From an uncultured Acidobacteriota bacterium (GTDB lineage Bacteria > Acidobacteriota > UBA6911), in NCBI GenBank assembly GCA_963809485.1, contig CAWEJX010000020.1, positions 320,001-384,000 of the forward strand: a stretch of 64,000 nt of DNA. The letters are read 5' to 3'. The notes beneath the pieces are model-generated. The model was not told the DNA's origin. It ran no database searches and saw only the letters and a list, made by a program, of their open reading frames with translations. A program made the position numbers and the translations under genes. Positions 41,089 through 50,639 of the stretch are shown piece by piece; the stretch's first letter is position 1, and each line of letters begins with the position of its first letter.

Positions 41089-42999
41089 TCATCCAATGAA
41101 CCGGGCGATGATTCTCTCGCATTCGGGGTGAGTCTTCAGTGCATTGGATATGAAATGAAGCCGGCTGAGCCTTTCTGCCATGCCTTCAGGCAGAACTTCA
41201 AGCGGCAGGGCCAGAATCCGTTTTGATCTCCGGGCGGCGAACTCCTGAACAGCCGGCGACGGCTCCCAACAGGGGCCGCTGACGGCGAGGACATTTTTTA
41301 TCGCGTATTTAAGCGCCCATGCAAGACTTCGGTCCAACGACTTGAAGCTCTTCAGATCGGGATCGCTTCCGGGCCCCATCCGGCTTTGGTGTTCCATCTG
41401 CAGTCCCGTGATCGCTGCATACCGTTCAATTCCCATGCCTCTCCCCGAGAAGAGAAGCGTCAGGGAGGCGATCCACTCTCTCTCGATGTGCCCTTCAAAC
41501 AAGTGCTCGAGCGCCCGCGTTCTTGCATACAAGGAATAAACGCTATCCGGCGCACCTTTTGCCCTGGGCGGGATGCGCCCCGGGTCTCGCAGCTCCATCT
41601 CTTTCAAGATTGGATTGCTGTCGTGGACCAGGGTCACTTTCCACGGTTCCTCATTATCGCTTTGGAACACAAACATCACCGGAGTGTGCCATCCGAGTTC
41701 TTCTCCCCCCAGGTCCGCATCTTCTGCCCGCATGGCGGCCTCTCGCACAAGCGAACAGGCTTGAGTATGCAGGGCATAGTCAGCCGCCACAGCCCATCTG
41801 GCATCGCTCGTTTTGGGGCCAAGCTTCTTTGCCTCCTGTCGGGTCAGGACCGGGTGGCTAAAGCTCAACCAGCAATCCCGGCCAAACTCTTCGCCGACTG
41901 GGGCAGCCATTTCAGAACCGGCGGGCTCCCCGAAGGGCCGGGCATGGAATACGTCGACCAAATCAAACGATTGATCGCACGGGAAAATGCCCTCACCGGC
42001 GATCCTAAAAAATTCAGGAGGATTCTTCGCCGCGTCGGCCACTGTTGGAACCGGGTATTCATAAAGCAGACGACCCAGCTCATTCGTCTCCGCTGTTCTC
42101 AATCCGGCTGTGTCCGTATAACGCCGGATGAATGAGGTCAGGGGATCCGCTGAAGCAGGTTGCCTGTTTGCAGCGCTTTCCCACCTCGAATGCCCGGCCA
42201 GCAGCCCGGACAGTACCGAGAACTTGTCGAAAGCTGCTGCATTGCCCGACTCGAGGCTTTCATGAAACTTCCGGTTCACTGCAAGGTAGTCATCGAACAG
42301 CCCGGACGCCCACAAGAGATAGGGATCCTCCAAAAATACCGCGCAGCGGAGAGGTTGCTCTCCGGCAGCCTTAGCCTGCCGGAGGAGCGGCAGTTCCAGC
42401 GCCTTGCGCACGGCCCACCAGAGGCGATACTCGCACACGAACAGCATCGCCCGGCCGGCAACCAGTCTTTCGGAGATCCTGCTTCCCACCGATTCCCCAT
42501 GGGCAACGAGATCCTTCATTTCAGCATCCGGAGAGTTTTGCCATCGCGCATCCAACTCCTGCCATGCGGAATCGTAACAGGAGATGAGGTTTTTGCGAGA
42601 GACCAGTTGTTCGTTTTCAAGCGGCGGCATCGGTACCGAAGGGAATCCGCAAGGATTGCCCGCAATGAGGGGGCCGACACATTCAAAATCAATGGACCTG
42701 CTTCTTGCCAACCAGGCAGCCGCGCAGGCGGCATCGGTCGGCACGAGCGGGTAGAGGGAGCAAACCTCGCTGTCTCCTTTTACCAGCACCGAGCTGGGGA
42801 GCGGGAAAGAATTGAGCCGTGGGTCCAGCCATCCCGGCTGGTTCATGAAGCAGGGCAGATCAATCAGCACTTTGTCAAACTTCTTCTCCTGCAATGCTCT
42901 GGCTGCCATTGCCGCGAAAACAAGGCGTCCACGGACATAGGGCGTCACGTACAAAGAGGCATGGGATCTGGAATGGATTAAAGCCCTTTCGCGGGTCAT
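41089..42999 (-). CDS. Conserved ~635-aa hypothetical protein with TraB/ChaN-like N-terminus, paralogue of 61261-63153
   Basis: Shared blocks PYV.GRL.FA, DLP, P.V.TDA, LFVCE, EDP..LW..G..DD, LL.YP.P, RW, TPV.F, AWA; GGAGG RBS before ATG 42999. Confidence 0.7.
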   Translation of the reverse strand: MTRERALIHSRSHASLYVTPYVRGRLVFAAMAARALQEKKFDKVLIDLPCFMNQPGWLDPRLNSFPLPSSVLVKGDSEVCSLYPLVPTDAACAAAWLARSRSIDFECVGPLIAGNPCGFPSVPMPPLENEQLVSRKNLISCYDSAWQELDARWQNSPDAEMKDLVAHGESVGSRISERLVAGRAMLFVCEYRLWWAVRKALELPLLRQAKAAGEQPLRCAVFLEDPYLLWASGLFDDYLAVNRKFHESLESGNAAAFDKFSVLSGLLAGHSRWESAANRQPASADPLTSFIRRYTDTAGLRTAETNELGRLLYEYPVPTVADAAKNPPEFFRIAGEGIFPCDQSFDLVDVFHARPFGEPAGSEMAAPVGEEFGRDCWLSFSHPVLTRQEAKKLGPKTSDARWAVAADYALHTQACSLVREAAMRAEDADLGGEELGWHTPVMFVFQSDNEEPWKVTLVHDSNPILKEMELRDPGRIPPRAKGAPDSVYSLYARTRALEHLFEGHIEREWIASLTLLFSGRGMGIERYAAITGLQMEHQSRMGPGSDPDLKSFKSLDRSLAWALKYAIKNVLAVSGPCWEPSPAVQEFAARRSKRILALPLEVLPEGMAERLSRLHFISNALKTHPECERIIARFIG

Positions 43000-43208
43000 T
43001 GAAACCTCCATCCAATGGTAGATATGGCGCATCAATAATGCCGACTTACGCCGACACTCGCTGAGGAACACTGAAAAATCCTTAAAAGTTTGGAGTCAAT
43101 ATATGTCGGATTTTTCGGTGTTCATCAGCATTAAAAGGCCCGTCTCGGACTGATGCATCCGGATTTCATCCGAAGGGTCTCCAGAACCGTGATCTTGCTT
43201 ATCCCGCA

Positions 43209-44819
43209 TCACGGTGTGAATAAATCCCTCAGGACCGGTGTTGGATCCAGGGGAACTGTCTCACTGGCGCCTGCCTCCGTCTTTTCTCGTTCACGAATCG
43301 GCACCCATTGTTCTTCAGTGGCAAATGGATTGGAGAGATCGAGACAAAGTCTTTTCTCCATGTCAAAAGCAGTCGACCAGTCGCAATGATATCTGTTCCT
43401 GATGCCGGCAACCCTGCGCACGAACTCGCCCCGGACCCTGGCACGGCCTGCAGCCGGAGGATTGGCAACCGCGTGCTCGATATTGTCGACCCCGTCCATG
43501 TGGTGCTGCAGAAGGCCCGCGGCGTCCAGGGTGTGAAACACACCTTTCTCTCCCAGTTGCCCGAATCGGGTGTCGATCTCCAGCAACTCCCGCCGCAGCT
43601 GCAAAAACATTTCCAGTTCGTCCCACCTCAGGCCGCTCTCCCGGACATAGGGGGTCAGCTGTGCGACTTCCTCGAGGATGGGGCTGTTGGGGCCGATGAT
43701 GGAATCCAGGCGGGACGGCCAACGGCGCCGGGTGCGGTCCAGGGCTGCTTTGAGTCGGCCAACCACGTGGTTCCACCGGCCCAGCGTTTCCCACTCCATT
43801 CCCCGGTTTCTGGCATGATGGGCATAGAGCGCTTCTTTTATGGGCCAGTCGAGCATTTTGCGTGCCCGTTCCGGGCACTCGCCGAGCAGGTCGAGAGTTT
43901 GTTTCCAGCGCGCACACACCTGTCCCGCCCAGGAGGGCATGAACGGGTCTCCAAGATGAGATTCCGCCAGAGACAGGTAGTGATGCTGGATTTGCAGAGC
44001 GTTGGCTGCGGACCCATCCGCGAGCCGCACCTTGGATTGGCAGCGCGTGTCCGATGCAATCGTTCGAAGCGCAGCGAGGGGAGCCCTGAGCTCAAAGCCG
44101 GAACCGGGTTTCAGGCCGGCTTCAATCATTGCCACTACCAGAGCTGTCGTGCCGACCTTCAACCATTCCGCCCATTCCGAGCAGAGGCTCTCGCCGCAGA
44201 TAATGTGCAGACGGTGATACCCGCTCGAGCTTAAGGACTCGTCTTTCGTATGGAATAGCGGACGGCTGCTTGTGGAGCCCGACGATATCACCTGGTCAAT
44301 ATAGGCACTGCGAGGCGAAAGGGTGAATTGAATTCCCGCCGAGAACGGATCGAATCCGCCGGCCCCCGTGTAGATAGTCCGGGAAACCAGGTGCGGGATA
44401 ATCTGCCGGGGCAGCGCCAGAGGATCACAGCAATTCAGGAACGACTCATGACAGCCCCATGTAACCTGTCTTAAATAGTCCACATTGCAGAGGAAACAGA
44501 AAATCTCGGCGCCGGTCTCCGAACTCATCCGGCTGACGATCCCGTCCATGATCCGTTCGCCGGCTTTGATGTACCGGACGGCATCCCAGGGATTTGTACA
44601 CTCCGGCGTGCAAAGCTCCGGATGGCATCCCTGGTCGATATACAGCCGGGACCCATTCGTCAGGAACATGCCGCTGGTACGGGCGTCCGGCAGATGAGGG
44701 AGGTGTTTCCTCGCAAGCTGCATCAGGCGATCGACGAGCAGTCCCCGGTCCATGGACTCGTCTCCCTGCATCCCCGTAATACCGTACTCAGTCTCAAAAC
44801 CAAACATACGTTCCGACAT
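43209..44819 (-). CDS. Pup-ligase (PafA)-like protein, copy 1
   Basis: RMFGFETEY, FLTNGSRLYID..HPELCTPEC, WGCHESF, RLHIICGE, LKVGTT, LDW.IK, PP..GRA..RG, C-terminal LDLSNPF. Confidence 0.88.
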   Translation of the reverse strand: MSERMFGFETEYGITGMQGDESMDRGLLVDRLMQLARKHLPHLPDARTSGMFLTNGSRLYIDQGCHPELCTPECTNPWDAVRYIKAGERIMDGIVSRMSSETGAEIFCFLCNVDYLRQVTWGCHESFLNCCDPLALPRQIIPHLVSRTIYTGAGGFDPFSAGIQFTLSPRSAYIDQVISSGSTSSRPLFHTKDESLSSSGYHRLHIICGESLCSEWAEWLKVGTTALVVAMIEAGLKPGSGFELRAPLAALRTIASDTRCQSKVRLADGSAANALQIQHHYLSLAESHLGDPFMPSWAGQVCARWKQTLDLLGECPERARKMLDWPIKEALYAHHARNRGMEWETLGRWNHVVGRLKAALDRTRRRWPSRLDSIIGPNSPILEEVAQLTPYVRESGLRWDELEMFLQLRRELLEIDTRFGQLGEKGVFHTLDAAGLLQHHMDGVDNIEHAVANPPAAGRARVRGEFVRRVAGIRNRYHCDWSTAFDMEKRLCLDLSNPFATEEQWVPIREREKTEAGASETVPLDPTPVLRDLFTP

Positions 44820-45001
44820 TCCCGTTACCATCCCGGCCAATGGGATTACACCATTATGAAATGCACGGCTGTTCTCCGGTGCCCGCCATTCTGAACCCAA
44901 ATTGCCTGCTTGATGCAGGCAACCGCCCAATTACGGCGCCGTGCAAATACAAAACACGCCAGTCCATGAGGTTCGCCCCAGGGAAATTAGTTCGGTCACC
45001 G

Positions 45002-45820
45002 TCAATGACAGCTATTCACAGGCAGATTCGTGGGATTCATCATGGGATCCAAACCCTGTGCCGCCTCATCCGGTAAAGGCGCCGGCCCGTCTTCGGCGGC
45101 CGATTCGAAGGACACCTCTTCCAGTTCCTTCCTGTAGACTGCAAGAAACGCTACGGCGGCGACCAGGAGAAGCAACAGAACTATAAGGTTAAAATACCAG
45201 CCCGCATCCCAGGCAAAATAGGCCAGCGGGATGCCGACCGTTAACGATACTGAAAGGGTGATCCAATCCGACCAGGCGGAACCGAGACGAATCCATTTCA
45301 GAAAAAAATTAAGGATCTGTCCCCCGTCGAGAGGCCATATGGGAAGCAGATTGAAAGACCCCATTATCAGGTTGATCACGGCGATCAGTTCGAGCAATTT
45401 GCGGAGGATGCGGATGTCCGAAAAATGGGCGAGGCCCAGGGCAATGGCGCAACAGATGAAGTTCGAGGCCGGGCCGGCTGAGAGGATGGCCATTTTTTTC
45501 GGGTGCGTCAGAGCCCTTGCCGCCGGATCCGTCGCCAGCGCCAGCCCGCCAAAGATATGCAGGTAAATCCCCTGCGTCCTTATCCCCCAGATCCCTGCCA
45601 CCAGCGCATGAGCCAGTTCGTGCATCAGCACGGCTGCAGGGATGGCGGCGATTACGAAAAGTTCCAGCAGCCTTTGCAGGAAAGTCACTGCAAAGGTCCT
45701 GCCGCTCGGCTCCAGCCATAAGACAACGATCAGGATTAATGGACCCAGCGGAGCCGACCAGTGGGCCCGGATCGGAATCCCCCGGATGCGACCCAGAGAG
45801 AAAGATGCAAGAAAAAACAT
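45002..45820 (-). CDS. Site-2 protease (M50 family) intramembrane metalloprotease
   Basis: GIPIRAHWS, HELAH, FGGLA, AGPASN, FNLLPIWPLDGG. Confidence 0.9.
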   Translation of the reverse strand: MFFLASFSLGRIRGIPIRAHWSAPLGPLILIVVLWLEPSGRTFAVTFLQRLLELFVIAAIPAAVLMHELAHALVAGIWGIRTQGIYLHIFGGLALATDPAARALTHPKKMAILSAGPASNFICCAIALGLAHFSDIRILRKLLELIAVINLIMGSFNLLPIWPLDGGQILNFFLKWIRLGSAWSDWITLSVSLTVGIPLAYFAWDAGWYFNLIVLLLLLVAAVAFLAVYRKELEEVSFESAAEDGPAPLPDEAAQGLDPMMNPTNLPVNSCH

Positions 45821-46225
45821 GTGAGTGAACCTCGTTCCGCTGAAGCCGACATAATCGGAGAGGTCAGGCGCTTCTCCGGGATACGTCGCAGAACCTAACA
45901 CAGGAAGGAGGCCCTTCCCGGCAAAACAACGCAATCACACTGTCGTGTTGCCGCAAGCCGCTGCAGCAATCTCATTTGCATCGATGCAGAAAAAATTGAT
46001 TACACACGGTCACAGTTTTTAACATACGGCTGAAGGATGAGGGGAGGAGGACCTACCTCGCCTCCCCACTCGCCGCGCCGCCGCCGCAGAACATACCGTT
46101 GTAGGCGCCTCATCCAATCTTTGGTGCTGAGTGTTCCATTAATGGTCCGCGTCAGTCGGCACCTTTTCAGGGTGCATGATCATTGCCTCATCCCGTTGCT
46201 GTCAAAAGCGATGAGCCCGGACACA

Positions 46226-46822
46226 CTATCCGCCGGCCGCAGCAGACTGCTGTCCCGACCCCACTAATCCGCCGCCGGGGGTTGAGAGCCCGCATCCAAG
46301 CGCGCAAATTTTTTTGCGGCGCAGCCTGATTCGATAGTCCCCCGTTCGTTGATTCGTCTGCAGCACTTCGCGGCAATCACACGATTCCAATATATCGCGC
46401 AACCTATGGATTGCCTGTCTAAGCGCCCCTTTGGTATATTTCCTCTCCAGGGATGCCTGCATGTAAGCAATTATTTTGCCGGTGCTTTTATAGGGCACAT
46501 AGGGATCATTTTCGTCGTTCGGACCTGCCTCGCCTTCCTCCGCGGCAAGACAGAGAGCCAGCCATCCCAAGACCGGTGGCACGACGAACGGATCCTTTTC
46601 CTCGATCCCTAGAGTTGCGTTCCCGTCCGAGTCCATCGAAACATCGAACCGGCAAACCTGTGAGCGCTGCAAGCGTGGCTTGATGGGAATAAATTCTGTG
46701 GAAATTCCACCATTGACCAGCAAATATTCCAATTTCTCCATGGTTCCAGTGACTATGTCCTGATGGGTCAATGCCTTTCTGAACATATGCCTTACTCTTT
46801 CCTTTTTTGCCTTCTCTTTCAT
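46226..46822 (-). CDS. Hypothetical protein, possible C-terminal winged-helix (OmpR-like) DNA-binding domain
   Basis: ORF co-oriented with the M50 gene; C-terminal ALRQAIHRLRDIL...LQT....YRI resembles wHTH termini; start uncertain. Confidence 0.45.
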   Translation of the reverse strand: MKEKAKKERVRHMFRKALTHQDIVTGTMEKLEYLLVNGGISTEFIPIKPRLQRSQVCRFDVSMDSDGNATLGIEEKDPFVVPPVLGWLALCLAAEEGEAGPNDENDPYVPYKSTGKIIAYMQASLERKYTKGALRQAIHRLRDILESCDCREVLQTNQRTGDYRIRLRRKKICALGCGLSTPGGGLVGSGQQSAAAGG

Positions 46823-47483
46823 TGTCTTTGCCTTTCTCTGGCCGTCCGCAGCCTGCCCCACACCTCCCCGAAGGTGTAGGCCGGCGCCCCCTCGACACGG
46901 TTTCGCTTCAAAAACACAAGGCGGAAAAATCGGCGGAAGATAGAAATGTGGGATAGCGGATCCATTTTCTGTTACCATGAGGCCGAAATATGAAAAGCAA
47001 CCGGAGTGATAAGGCGGAAACACCACCGCCGATGGTGTCCATCTGCTGGTCCGGGAAACGGCCTCGCGGCTATCCATGTGGGCCCCTCACAGTTTGACCT
47101 GATCCGACTTCCGTGCTACCCTCTATTCATGCATGGTCTGTTTGCAATGGCAAGCGCCGCGGCATTGTCTGAAAAGCAAATTTGCTCAGTTATCGTGCTG
47201 TTTACAGTAAGTGTTTTGGCGGTTGCACACTTTGGAGTTTGATGGTTCATTCTGTTGCCCCCTCAGGCTCACGGTATCGCATTCTGGCAGCAGGTCTTAG
47301 TGCCCTCGGACCTGAAGATGCGGCTTGCAGATCAACCGGCTCGATCGCATATCTCGGTCGCGCCGTTATGCGCAGGCTGGACTCAAAGCAACGCGCGAAG
47401 AGGCGACTGATTCTTACGGTTCAAGACTCCGCGCATCTTGCACGATTTAAATGAAATGTCCATATAGGGGAGGTTCCAATCTC

Positions 47484-48591
47484 ATGTCCAAAACACCAAC
47501 CGACCGTGAGAAAATTCGCCGGCAGGTTGCGGAAGATCCGGAAACATTTACAAACGACGAGCTTATTGCTGCGGTCTGCAAGTATTTCTGCCGCGGCATG
47601 CCCGTAGCCGAAATCAGGAAAAATATTAACGGAGAAGCTGGGCATCTCGCTCAGCCGCGAGCAGCCCCACCGGCTCCTTTCTTTGGCCGCCCAGAGGAAT
47701 CTGCTCAGCTTTAAAGCGCCGCTCGCAACCGAGCTTGAAAGCCAGATCGCCAGAGAATACAGCTGGCTGAAGCACGTGAAGGTGGTGCGCACAGCGGTAT
47801 CAGATGATGTTTCCTACCGGGTTGCCGAAGCGCTTCTCGATCATGTTTGCGCCTTGAGCAAAACCCGGTCCGCAGATAAGGCGGTACATATCGGTTTCGC
47901 GGGAGGGAAAGCACTCAGAAAGACTGCTAGGATTTTTTCAGAGATGCTGCGCGAGCCCAGAATGGACCTTCCGCAAACAATTATATTTCACGCCATTGTC
48001 GCCGGTTTTCAGGTCACGGACCCATCCACCGATCCGAACGGATTTTTTAACTATTTTGCGGGAGAAACGGATCTGCAGGTGCAGGCATCGTTTATTGGCC
48101 TGCCGGCGCCGATGATTCTCAAATCCGGGGAGATCGAGAAATTGCGCACCATCTCCTACCTGAGCGAGGCTTTCGATTCCGTTAGGGACATCGACATCAT
48201 CGTCACCTCGGCGGGAGGGCATTGGCAACAGGGACATAGCAGCTACTACAGCATGTTGAGCAAGGCATCCCCGCAGACAGTCGAACAACTCACAAAGGCC
48301 GGTTGCATTGGAGACTTGATGTGGCGCCCGCTGGGAAAAGCAGGTCCCCTCAAGGTCGACACAGATATGCGCACCGTAACGCTGATAGAGCCCAGCGCTT
48401 TGCCGGAATTCATCAAGCGGGGCAAGTCGGTGATACTGCTGGTGGGGCCATGCGGCACCTGCGGCCGTCCGAAGGGCGATGTGCTTGGGGCGATCCTTGC
48501 CAAACGCAATCTAATTACCCATCTGGTGGTCGACAGCCGTTCGGCAAGAGCCTTGCTGGCCGGGAAGGAAAAGAAACCGGCCACAGATTGA
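47484..48591 (+). CDS. SorC/LsrR/CggR-like regulator (N-terminal HTH plus sugar-binding domain), frameshifted in an A5 run at ~47620
   Basis: YFCRGMPVAEI then, with one A removed, ILTEKLGISLSRE..RLL..A..LE.....Y.L..V.V; IGFAGGKAL; DIIVTSAG; GCIGD. Confidence 0.65.
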
Positions 48592-48653
48592 CATGCTGTC
48601 GGAATACTGAGATGTTGCTGTTTCGAAAGAAGCCGGGGCTGCAGGCACAATTT

Positions 48654-50330
48654 TCAGAACGGGACATCATCGGGTGGGATAGTTGCCGGGTCCACCGCCT
48701 GGAAAAGATCCGATTCCAGTATCCTGTGGACCCGGCTGAGGCGCCGCAACTCCAGCAACCCGGGATCCCGTCTCCATCCCGCCTCCTCTTTCGTAAAATC
48801 GCGCCATTTCTCCTCGGCGGCAAAAGGATCGGAAAGGTCCAGGACACGCTTGCTGCGACCGTCCCAGATCCCCCGCCAATCACAATGTATGCGTCCGCCC
48901 TGACCGGCATTCCGGCGCACAAATTCGCCCCGCAGCCTTGCGCGCCCAAAAGAGGGAGGATGGGCCATGGCAGACCGTATTTCCCGGCTGGTAATGCGGC
49001 GATGGGATAAAACCCCCGCTCTGTCCAAGGCCGCAAAAATGCCTTTACTGCCCAGTTGGGAAAAACGCATGTCGATCTCGAACAGTTCCCCCCTGAGATC
49101 CACAAAGCGGGCAAAATCGCCCCAGTTCAACCCCATGTCGGCAAGATACGGCGAGATGATCTTCACCTCGTTCTTTACCGGGCTGTCGGGGCCCAACACC
49201 AGTTCAGCCGTGACAGGCATTGCATGGAATTCAGTGGCGGTCAACGCTCCCCTGAGCCAGTTCATGACGCGGTTCCAGTGCGGCAGCGATTCCCAGGCCA
49301 TGCCGCGGCGCCGGGCCTGGTCCCTGAACATGGAATGCTTGACTGCCCAGTCCAGGGTTGTATCGAGAGCTCCGGGATCTCGTTCCAGTTGATCCAGGAT
49401 GCGGCGCCATTCGGCGCACACGCTCTCCGCCCAATCCGGCATGAAGCTGCCGCCCAGGCTGGTTTCCGCCTGGCGAAGGTAGTGGCGCTGGATTTCGACG
49501 GCAGTGGCAGACTTGCCGTTGTTAAGCGCTGCAGCGGCGGTGCACTCAGGATCCGCCGAAAAAGCCCGCATGGCGCTCAACGGAAATTTCAGCTGAACTC
49601 CTTCCGTCGGACAGGCATCCGCTTCAATCATGGCGACGACCAGCGAGGTGGCGCCGATTTTTAAAAGACTTGACACCTGCGAGCACAGGCTCTCGCCGCA
49701 CAAAATGTGCAGTCGGCTGCAACCCTCGCGGGCCAGTGTCTCATTCTTGGAATGAAAGATGCCCCGGCCGCGCGTGGATTCGTCCGACATAATCCTCTCC
49801 AGATGAGCCACTCGCGGTGAAAGGCTGAAGGCGAGTCCTTCGGAAAGCGGATTGAAGCCGCCCGCTCCCGTGTAGACGACTCTCGAAACCAGGTGCGGGA
49901 TTATCCCGGCGGAGATCGCCGAGGGATTCATCCACGTCAAATACGATTCATGGCAGCCCCAGCTCGACTCGGTCCCGCCGTAATCGACATTCGTGCGGAA
50001 AAGCTGAATTTCGCTGATCTCCGGGAAACGGTTTTCCAGGGCATCAATGATTTTGCGGAGAATGGCCTCTCCCGCTGCTACGTGGATTACGGCCTCCAGG
50101 GGGTTCGCACATTCAGGAGTGGCAAACTCCGGGTGCAGGCCGGAATCCACATAGAAGCGGGACCCGTTTTGCAGGAACATACCATTGCCGAAATCCCGGA
50201 TATGAGGCATCTGTTCCCGGGCAACCCGAAGGAGGGTCTGGACCAGGATATGCCGGTTGAGGCTCTTCCCCTTCCGGGATACGGCCGAGATCGCGTACTC
50301 GGTCTCGACGCCCATCAAACGCTCGCGCAC
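48654..50330 (-). CDS. pafA: Pup-ligase (PafA)-like protein, copy 2 (directly downstream of the Pup-like gene)
   Basis: RLMGVETEY, FLQNGSRFYVD..HPEFATPEC, WGCHESY, RLHILCGE, LDWAVK, PP..GRA..RG, LDLSDPF. Confidence 0.9.
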   Translation of the reverse strand: MRERLMGVETEYAISAVSRKGKSLNRHILVQTLLRVAREQMPHIRDFGNGMFLQNGSRFYVDSGLHPEFATPECANPLEAVIHVAAGEAILRKIIDALENRFPEISEIQLFRTNVDYGGTESSWGCHESYLTWMNPSAISAGIIPHLVSRVVYTGAGGFNPLSEGLAFSLSPRVAHLERIMSDESTRGRGIFHSKNETLAREGCSRLHILCGESLCSQVSSLLKIGATSLVVAMIEADACPTEGVQLKFPLSAMRAFSADPECTAAAALNNGKSATAVEIQRHYLRQAETSLGGSFMPDWAESVCAEWRRILDQLERDPGALDTTLDWAVKHSMFRDQARRRGMAWESLPHWNRVMNWLRGALTATEFHAMPVTAELVLGPDSPVKNEVKIISPYLADMGLNWGDFARFVDLRGELFEIDMRFSQLGSKGIFAALDRAGVLSHRRITSREIRSAMAHPPSFGRARLRGEFVRRNAGQGGRIHCDWRGIWDGRSKRVLDLSDPFAAEEKWRDFTKEEAGWRRDPGLLELRRLSRVHRILESDLFQAVDPATIPPDDVPF

Positions 50331-50332
50331 GC

Positions 50333-50533
50333 TTACTGCCCGCCCTCCTGCCTGTTTGCAGACAGAAAAGCCTCGGAATCTCCCGACAAAGCACGCCGGA
50401 TAGCCTCATCCGCGGCCGCCAGCAGGTCCGAACCCGCCTGCCTCTGATCCGAAAGGCTTTGATTCGAAGACGCCGTCCCCGGCGATTCGTGTTCGCTTCT
50501 ACGCCCTTCCCTGTTCCTCTCACGCGGTTCCAT
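50333..50533 (-). CDS. pup: Pup-like modifier (66 aa, C-terminal GGQ)
   Basis: Disordered N-terminus; C-terminal LLAAADEAIRRALSGDSEAFLSANRQEGGQ follows the Pup pattern; sits between Dop-like and PafA-like genes; GGAG RBS. Confidence 0.85.
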   Translation of the reverse strand: MEPRERNREGRRSEHESPGTASSNQSLSDQRQAGSDLLAAADEAIRRALSGDSEAFLSANRQEGGQ

Positions 50534-50639
50534 AATCCTCTCCTGAATTGAAATTGTTTTAATTGAGTGCGGCTCCCCGGAGCCGTCCGATGAATGTTAA
50601 AAAATCCTTGTCCGGCGCATACCCGAATGCTCGCCCCGT

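Noticed and set aside
44820-45001. Second Pup-like ORF upstream of PafA copy 1
   Set aside because: The small minus-strand ORF I could read there ends ...EQPCIS, with no GG[QE] terminus.
50333-50533. Calling the modifier UBact
   Set aside because: The C-terminus is EGGQ with a Pup-like helix, not R[ST]G[EQ].
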